Positions 58,336-64,000 of a stretch of DNA of 64,000 nucleotides are shown here, one piece after another. Position 1 is the stretch's first letter. Each line of letters opens with the position of its first letter. Made by a program: the position numbers and the translations under genes. The notes under the pieces are model-generated. The model had not been told where the DNA came from. It did no database searches and saw only the letters and a program-made list of their open reading frames with translations. The stretch comes from an uncultured Bacteroidota bacterium (GTDB lineage: Bacteria > Bacteroidota > Ignavibacteria > UBA10030 > UBA8401): NCBI GenBank assembly GCA_937920105.1, contig CALETH010000028.1, forward strand, positions 19,273 to 83,272, written 5' to 3'.

Positions 58336-59358
58336 CTACAATCTTTCACACACTGCATTATACACCTCATCAACAGTGATGAGTTTCATACATTCCAAAT
58401 GTGTTGCATTATTACATACTGTTGTGCGACACGGTGAGCACGGAATTTTTTTGAACAACGCCACATGTCCTTTTTCTTTATCGTAAGGGAACCATACTTC
58501 AGTTGGTTCTGGACCAAAAATTCCGATTGTTTTTACTCCCACCGCAACACCAATGTGCATTGGTCCACAATCATTAGAAACAAATACTGAACTTTGTGAT
58601 AATATTGCTGCAAGTTTTCTTACTGATAATAGTGGAAGTTGATATAATGAATGTGTTGATGATGTAGATAAATAATGAATGAGTTCTTTATCTTTTGGAC
58701 CGGGACTGAGAAGAATATTAATTTTATGATTTTCAACAAGTTTTTGAATTAAAGAAAAAAAATGTTCTTTCAACCACACTTTATTTTCCCACGTTGCTCC
58801 CGGATGTACAACAACAATTGATTTTTCAATTTCCATTCCCAGTGATTGAAGAAAATTTTTTGCTTCTTTTTTTTCTTCACTTGTTAAAAAAATTTGTGTT
58901 GTATTATAAAAGTGAGAATTTACACCTATTGCTTTTAATGATTGATAATGAAAGTCTATTGCTGATTTTGGCTTCCCATCATCTTTTACCAATGTAGTAT
59001 AAAACTTTTTCCGCACACGAACATCTCCACCGACTCTTACTTTTGCACCAGTAATAAAACTTAATAATGCTGTCCGTGGATTACAAAATAAATCTATTAC
59101 CACATCAAATTTTTTTGAACGAAGAAGGGAAAACATCTTTAATTGATACAATATTCCTTTTTGTTCAAAATCAAACGGAATAATTTCATCTAAATAAGGA
59201 TTCTGTTCCAAAAGAGAAACAGCTTTTTTTTCTCCAAGATAGCCGATATATGCTTTGGGAAAATTTTCTCGCAATGTACGAATGAGCGGAGTTGTTAAGA
59301 CAACATCTCCAATAAATTTCATTCGAGTAAGTAAAATGCGGTTATATTGATGAAACAT
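58336..59358 (-). CDS. Family 9 glycosyltransferase (LPS heptosyltransferase-like)
   Basis: ILLTRMKFIGDVVLTTPLIRTLRE...GCSPCRT. GT9 layout. Confidence 0.8.
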   Translation of the reverse strand: MFHQYNRILLTRMKFIGDVVLTTPLIRTLRENFPKAYIGYLGEKKAVSLLEQNPYLDEIIPFDFEQKGILYQLKMFSLLRSKKFDVVIDLFCNPRTALLSFITGAKVRVGGDVRVRKKFYTTLVKDDGKPKSAIDFHYQSLKAIGVNSHFYNTTQIFLTSEEKKEAKNFLQSLGMEIEKSIVVVHPGATWENKVWLKEHFFSLIQKLVENHKINILLSPGPKDKELIHYLSTSSTHSLYQLPLLSVRKLAAILSQSSVFVSNDCGPMHIGVAVGVKTIGIFGPEPTEVWFPYDKEKGHVALFKKIPCSPCRTTVCNNATHLECMKLITVDEVYNAVCERL

Positions 59359-59453
59359 AAAGTTTATTATTGATTGATATCACAAGAAACTTGACTTTCG
59401 CAGAAAGATGATTCATATTATACGAAAGAAATTTATTCACCAAATATTTTCTT

Positions 59454-60110
59454 ATGAAAACTTCTTTCTACAAAAGAGTATTTGATGTAGTTTTTTCTTC
59501 TCTTTTTTTGTTAATACTCTTTCCTTTTATTCTTATTATTCTCTTTGTTGCGTGGTTGGAAACAAAACAATTTCCTATTTACACTCAACAACGGGGATTA
59601 TCCTTAGAAAAAAATCTTTTTACCATTTTCAAAGTCAGAACAATAAAAAAACATTCCTGCACATCTCCAAACGAACAAGTATTTTTTAAACCTTACTACG
59701 CAGATTTTGTTCCTCCCTTTTGTCGTTGGTTACGCAAAACGGGTTTGGACGAATTACCTCAACTTTTCAATATTCTTCGTGGTGATATGAGTTTTGTTGG
59801 ACCTCGTCCGTTTTCTCAAGAAGATTTAGAAATAATGAAAGCTCATTTTTCTGTTGTATATTCTGTTCGTTCAAATTTTTCAATTCAACCCGGGTTAACA
59901 GGAACGTGGCAACTATATGGTGATAGAAATGCTGGAATGAAAAATCTTATTCACTGGGATAATTATTATGTTTCTCATTCTTCCTTTTTCTTAGATACAA
60001 AAATTTTATTTAATACCATTCCTTATATTTTCTTCGCTTTGCATTCTGATGCTATTATAGAAAAAAAATCTTCTACAAAATTTTCTGCTATTTTCATTTC
60101 TCAAGATTAA
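59454..60110 (+). CDS. Sugar phosphotransferase (bacterial sugar transferase family, WbaP/WcaJ C-terminal-domain type)
   Basis: KRVFDVVFSSLFLLILFPFILI...MSFVGPRP...QPGLTGTWQ. Confidence 0.85.
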   Translation: MKTSFYKRVFDVVFSSLFLLILFPFILIILFVAWLETKQFPIYTQQRGLSLEKNLFTIFKVRTIKKHSCTSPNEQVFFKPYYADFVPPFCRWLRKTGLDELPQLFNILRGDMSFVGPRPFSQEDLEIMKAHFSVVYSVRSNFSIQPGLTGTWQLYGDRNAGMKNLIHWDNYYVSHSSFFLDTKILFNTIPYIFFALHSDAIIEKKSSTKFSAIFISQD

Positions 60111-60117
60111 AATAAAA

Positions 60118-60139
60118 AACTTCGGTAAAAAAACCGAAG
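60118..60139 (+). terminator. Terminator-like hairpin
   Basis: Sequence aacttcgg-taaaaaaa-ccgaagtt. Confidence 0.5.
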
Positions 60140-60161
60140 TTCATAAATCACTAAAATATTT

Positions 60162-60247
60162 GTCATTCCCGCGAAAGCGGGAATCCAGTTTGTTTTTTAC
60201 AATAAAAATGGATGCCCAATAATCCCGACTTGTCGGGATGGGCATGA
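60162..60247. repeat. GC-rich hairpins GTCATTCCCGCGAAAGCGGGAATCC and nested GATGCCCAATAATCCCGACTTGTCGGGATGGGCATGAC
   Basis: Canonical member of the GTCATTCCCGC family, plus a second nested hairpin. Confidence 0.6.
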
Positions 60248-60255
60248 CGGAAAAA

Positions 60256-60642
60256 CTAATTATCCTTTGCACCTTCATTAATCCATTGTTTGAAAAGATT
60301 TACTTCATCTTCTGTTAATTTCTTTTTAGAAAAAAGTGGCATTTGTTTTCCTTTGGGTGGATTAGGTAATAATTTTGTGATGAGATAGCTTTCTTCTGAT
60401 TTTCCTACCACTACAGCTTTTTTATATTTTCCACCTTTCACAATATTTTCATATGTATCCATCATATATCCATTATCTCCATCGGAATCTGGTTGATGAC
60501 ATTTAATACATCGTTTATTGATAATCGGCATTAAATCTTTTGAAAGAGAAATTTCTTTTTTTTCTTCTTTTTTAGTTTCTTGCGAGTACAGTATTGCTAT
60601 ACTTATTGCACAAAGAAAAAAAATTGCGGTGAGTGTTTTCAT
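60256..60642 (-). CDS. Small c-type cytochrome-like protein (standalone PSCyt1-like domain), paralog 1
   Basis: Signal peptide. CIKCH heme-binding motif. C-terminal ...WINEGAKDN, shared with the two paralogs. Confidence 0.6.
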   Translation of the reverse strand: MKTLTAIFFLCAISIAILYSQETKKEEKKEISLSKDLMPIINKRCIKCHQPDSDGDNGYMMDTYENIVKGGKYKKAVVVGKSEESYLITKLLPNPPKGKQMPLFSKKKLTEDEVNLFKQWINEGAKDN

Positions 60643-60674
60643 AGTTTTTCCTTTTATATATGTTAGTGTTTAAA

Positions 60675-60705
60675 GATTACAAAAGTTTTAAAAACTTTTG
60701 TAATC
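60675..60705. repeat. 31-bp AT-centred palindrome GATTACAAAAGTTTTAAAAACTTTTGTAATC
   Basis: Same family as the 22698 element. Confidence 0.65.
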
Positions 60706-60717
60706 TACAAAAATATT

Positions 60718-60798
60718 AAATGTCAGACATCTTATCTCTAAATTTTTTCCTATAACAAATTTTATACATCTTCTTTCTAACAAGATGTCTAACATTTA
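60718..60798. promoter_or_regulatory. 16-bp inverted repeat AAATGTCAGACATCTT ...49 bp... AAGATGTCTAACATTT
   Basis: 15 of 16 positions are complementary. It lies between two cytochrome paralog genes, upstream of the 60256-60642 gene. Confidence 0.4.
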
Positions 60799-60801
60799 GA
60801 G

Positions 60802-61197
60802 TTAATTATCTTTTGCACCTTGGTCAATCCACAAAGAAATTTTAGCAATTTCATTTTCTGTTGCTGAATTTCCCGGTGGCATAATTGTTCCAAAACCGGC
60901 AGTACCTCGCATTTTGGTAATTAAGATACTTCCTGCTCCATTACCAGAAACAATTACTGGTGTGTGAATTCCAGTAGTTTTTAATTCATTCACAGTACCA
61001 AGATTTAATCCGCCAGAACCACCGTGACATCCAATACATCCATATTTATTAAAAATTGGTATGACATCACTTTGAAATGAAATTGTTGATACTGTTGTAT
61101 CCGGTGGAATAATAACTGTTGGTGTTGGTTCATTTCCCATATCCTTACAACTGTATAAAAAAATGCTGGTTACAATGAGAATGTAAAGAAGTTTCAT
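60802..61197 (-). CDS. Small c-type cytochrome-like lipoprotein (PSCyt1-like), paralog 2
   Basis: Lipobox LYSCKD. CIGCH. ...KMRGTAGFGTIMPP...WIDQGAKDN. Confidence 0.6.
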   Translation of the reverse strand: MKLLYILIVTSIFLYSCKDMGNEPTPTVIIPPDTTVSTISFQSDVIPIFNKYGCIGCHGGSGGLNLGTVNELKTTGIHTPVIVSGNGAGSILITKMRGTAGFGTIMPPGNSATENEIAKISLWIDQGAKDN

Positions 61198-61217
61198 AGA
61201 TTTTTTTTAAAATAAAA

Positions 61218-61613
61218 TTAATTATCTTTTGCACCTTGGTTAATCCATGCAGAAATCTTGGTTATTGAAATTTCGGAAATCATACCCTCTGGCGGCATAA
61301 TTGTTCCAAAACCTGCAGTACCACGCATTTTTTTTATTAAAATACTGCCCTCCGCATCCCCAACAATAACTACTGGTTTGTGGTCTCCTGTAGTTTTTAA
61401 TTTGTTTACATTACTAAGATTTAATCCACCATTATCGCCATGACACGTTATACATCTATAGTTATTAAAAATTGGAAGAATATCTTTTTGAAAAGAGACA
61501 GTTGTTGGATAAGGTATATTAGGTGGAAGACCTTCAGGTGGATTATCTCCTAAATCTATACAACCATATAGAAAAAAAAATTTTGCAATAAAAATATAAG
61601 AAAGTTTAGTCAT
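61218..61613 (-). CDS. Small c-type cytochrome-like lipoprotein (PSCyt1-like), paralog 3
   Basis: Lipobox LYGCID. CITCH. ...KMRGTAGFGTIMPP...WINQGAKDN. Confidence 0.6.
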   Translation of the reverse strand: MTKLSYIFIAKFFFLYGCIDLGDNPPEGLPPNIPYPTTVSFQKDILPIFNNYRCITCHGDNGGLNLSNVNKLKTTGDHKPVVIVGDAEGSILIKKMRGTAGFGTIMPPEGMISEISITKISAWINQGAKDN

Positions 61614-61655
61614 AAAAAATTTTTCCTTTAATAAATATGGAATAATAATCTGAAA

Positions 61656-62774
61656 TTATAAATAAAAATGAAACATACATTGTATTTCATCATTCTTTAT
61701 TTCATTTTTTTCTTCTTTATTTAAACGATACATTGGCTGAATTTCCACTCCATTCCATGGAAATAGTTCAACACCAAAAGTCATCCGTGTATAACTTCCC
61801 GTTTTAAGATTTTTATCTGGGTCATAAAATTCGTAACGAACATTTGCATCTATACCTTGGGTAATTGTGTAACTTAATTCGTTAAATGTAACGAAGCCAA
61901 CAATTTCTTTTCCTTCACTAAAAAGTGTAACATAATCAAGTTCCCCAGTGTATGTGAGTGATTGTAAAATATTGAAAGAACCAAACGCTCCATAGAATTG
62001 TGTTTTTCCGGATGTATTTGTGTTAGGATGGTTATAGAATGAACCGCCAATAATCAAATTTCCAAAATCTGTTTGGATAGTTGCATCTCCGCGAGCAACA
62101 AATGCTTTGGATTTTTCTCCTGCGACACCGGAAATTCCACCTCCGGGAGTTCCGTTAAAAACTCCAACATTGAATGTGAAAATACTTGGGAGAAAACCAA
62201 ATTCCAATCCTGTATCTTCAGAACGCTGTCCAAAGCGAAACCCTGTAGAAGGTGAACCATAACCGCCACCGCGAATAAAGGCAGTGTGGTCTTCAATGCG
62301 GGTTCCATACGCTGGCAAAAATTTTCCGAGTTTTACATAACCGTGTAATGGAAGAACTTTTGCTAATCCATATACTTCAAATCCGGAATACAATCCTTTA
62401 TCAAGATGAAGAGAAATTTTTTTGTTGAGTTTCATATCAATATAAATATCTCCTTGCATTTGAAAAAAACTACTTTTTTTATCTGCTATTGTATAAAAGA
62501 AAAGTGTACGAATATCTGCTCCGAGAGAAAATGTACTAAACAAACTTCCTACTTTTTCTGTAATTTCTTCTTCTACATTTTCTTCTTTTTCATTTAGGGA
62601 TATTGGTAATTCTTCTTTCCCGTACGTTGCACCAAAAGTATTTCGCATTCCTTTTCCTGTGGGATTTACGTGACATGATTGGCATTTCATTCCGGTACGT
62701 GCAGAAAACTTTGGCAACGCATAGAGTGATGATGAAATGAGTGTTGTTAAAAAAATGAGTATGAGTGTTTTCAT
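61656..62774 (-). CDS. Predicted outer-membrane beta-barrel protein with an N-terminal CxxCH heme-binding motif
   Basis: Signal peptide, then CQSCH at residues 31-35. Alternating amphipathic strands. C-terminal ...FHFYL ends in an aromatic residue. Confidence 0.5.
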   Translation of the reverse strand: MKTLILIFLTTLISSSLYALPKFSARTGMKCQSCHVNPTGKGMRNTFGATYGKEELPISLNEKEENVEEEITEKVGSLFSTFSLGADIRTLFFYTIADKKSSFFQMQGDIYIDMKLNKKISLHLDKGLYSGFEVYGLAKVLPLHGYVKLGKFLPAYGTRIEDHTAFIRGGGYGSPSTGFRFGQRSEDTGLEFGFLPSIFTFNVGVFNGTPGGGISGVAGEKSKAFVARGDATIQTDFGNLIIGGSFYNHPNTNTSGKTQFYGAFGSFNILQSLTYTGELDYVTLFSEGKEIVGFVTFNELSYTITQGIDANVRYEFYDPDKNLKTGSYTRMTFGVELFPWNGVEIQPMYRLNKEEKNEIKNDEIQCMFHFYL

Positions 62775-62821
62775 GAGATTTTTATAATTGTGAATGGATT
62801 TTTATTTACATAGCAAGATTT

Positions 62822-62893
62822 GTCATTCCTGCGAAAGCAGGAATCCACACATTTTATATTTCTGGATTCCCGCTAAAAACATGCGGGAATGAC
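62822..62893. repeat. Two tandem GC-rich hairpins GTCATTCCTGCGAAAGCAGGAATCC and GGATTCCCGCTAAAAACATGCGGGAATGAC
   Basis: Canonical members of the dispersed family. Confidence 0.65.
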
Positions 62894-62903
62894 ATTTGAA
62901 TTA

Positions 62904-64000
62904 TCATTTCTTTTCCACTACCCATTTTTCATCCAACCAATATTCATACAAAAATTTTTGTTGCTGTGTGGGCGATGATGTTTTTTGAACTGTATATTTT
63001 GGCACTCCAAAATTTTCTAATACTACAGTTCGTTCTTGTACAATATCATTGCGAAATGTTGTAAGAGTAATTTTTTCTTCTGCAGAATATTCACTGATAT
63101 ATTGTGACAATGTAGAGGTATTAATACGGAAACCATTTAATGCTACAATTTCATCATCAACATCTATTCCGCTTTTTTCTGCTGGTGAGTTTGTAATAAC
63201 ACGTGTTACTTTTGTTCTTCCTTCACTTTCTTTAGTGTTAATTCCTAATGATGGTTTATTGACACTATCTTTTACATTTATTTCTAACCCTACATAAGAA
63301 AAATATTTTTCAAATGGAAGTGCTATTGTTCCATGCACATAATTGGTAAAAAATTCTTGTAAAGTTCCTTGCGCAAACTCTTCTGCAATCTTTTGAAAAT
63401 CATCAACCGTATAGCCATTTCCAGAAAGTGGAAATCTTTGATACATTGCTCTCATCACATCATCAAGAGAATGCTTATTGTTGGAACGTTGACGAATTTC
63501 TAAATCTAATAATAAACTAACATTCGCACCTTTGCTATAATAGTTTGTTTCATAGTTGTACGCTTGTTGCGTATTTTTCCAAAACTTTATCCATGCATCA
63601 TAACTGGATTCTGTCAATGATTGTGCTGTATTTCCGGGTGATTTTCTTTCTTCTTCAACAGATGTTGTTAAAACAGAAAAGTATTTTTCTGGAGAAATAA
63701 AACTTGCTCTCACACATAATAGTTCATCATAATAACTGGTGATTCCTTCGGCAATCCATAATTCTTTAGTATAATTTTCTTTTTGATAATTATATGGTTG
63801 TATTCCTTGCGGACGAAATTGTTTTACATTCCATGTATGAAAAAATTCATGCATCACCAAATTTAAAAATTTTGTGTACTCTGCTGGATTTTTAAAGATA
63901 AGCGGTTTTGTCCCCATAATTGTAGAATTGATATGTTCTGTTCCTCCACCGGAATTTGGTGTTATGTGAACAAGAAATACATATCGTTCATACGGAAGCG
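62904..64000 (-). CDS. M61-family (glycyl aminopeptidase-like) zinc peptidase with a C-terminal PDZ domain; the 5' end runs off the window
   Basis: HEFFHTWN motif. C-terminal PDZ-like GIDVDDEIVALNGFRI. The reading frame stays open upstream of the ORF-track ATG to the window edge. Confidence 0.7.
   Translation of the reverse strand, partial: LPYERYVFLVHITPNSGGGTEHINSTIMGTKPLIFKNPAEYTKFLNLVMHEFFHTWNVKQFRPQGIQPYNYQKENYTKELWIAEGITSYYDELLCVRASFISPEKYFSVLTTSVEEERKSPGNTAQSLTESSYDAWIKFWKNTQQAYNYETNYYSKGANVSLLLDLEIRQRSNNKHSLDDVMRAMYQRFPLSGNGYTVDDFQKIAEEFAQGTLQEFFTNYVHGTIALPFEKYFSYVGLEINVKDSVNKPSLGINTKESEGRTKVTRVITNSPAEKSGIDVDDEIVALNGFRINTSTLSQYISEYSAEEKITLTTFRNDIVQERTVVLENFGVPKYTVQKTSSPTQQQKFLYEYWLDEKWVVEKK

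Noticed and set aside
62904-63917. Possibility that the M61 peptidase is N-terminally truncated, since HEFFH sits only about 23 residues after the track start codon
   Set aside because: The frame remains open upstream to the window edge, so the gene simply continues beyond position 64000. Truncation cannot be asserted from this window.

Overview
The window is AT-rich (roughly one-third GC by eye) bacterial chromosome. Five proteins end in the Por/T9SS C-terminal sorting domain (YPNPFNP...KVYN[IL]LG[EK]E[IV]ATLVN...YFY[KR]L.AG.F...KKM.L.K), which points to the FCB superphylum (Bacteroidota/Ignavibacteriota-like). The core genes are gltX, folB-folK-acpS, adk, rlmN, uvrA, nadD, nadA, pntA(beta-part)-pntB, dnaG, icd, tRNA-Ser(GGA), ogt and pcrA/uvrD. 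Between them sit accessory genes: two Type II restriction-modification pairs, a Fic protein, a PP2C phosphatase/GAF-cNMP histidine kinase pair, an orphan 7TM histidine kinase, an ATP-grasp + YbdK-type carboxylate-amine ligase + esterase cluster, a WGR-domain ATP-dependent ligase, an LRR surface-protein family (three paralogs, two nearly identical in their 3' halves), EPS/LPS glycosyltransferases, and a cluster of three tandem mini-cytochrome c lipoproteins next to a heme-motif outer-membrane barrel. The most unusual content is intergenic. There are at least three dispersed small repeat families: GC-rich GTCATTCCCGC/GCGGGAATGAC hairpins, AT-centred GTCAAGTTTTTAAAACTTGAC-type palindromes, and GAGTAGTGGAGTA direct repeats. 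Several genes have their 3' ends, or whole small genes, bracketed by 20-45 bp direct repeats (Fic/hbd, ogt, dnaG, and the pntAA-position HExxH gene). This suggests a recurrent, possibly site-specific, insertion process. Everything here comes from reading the sequence and translations; no database search was possible.
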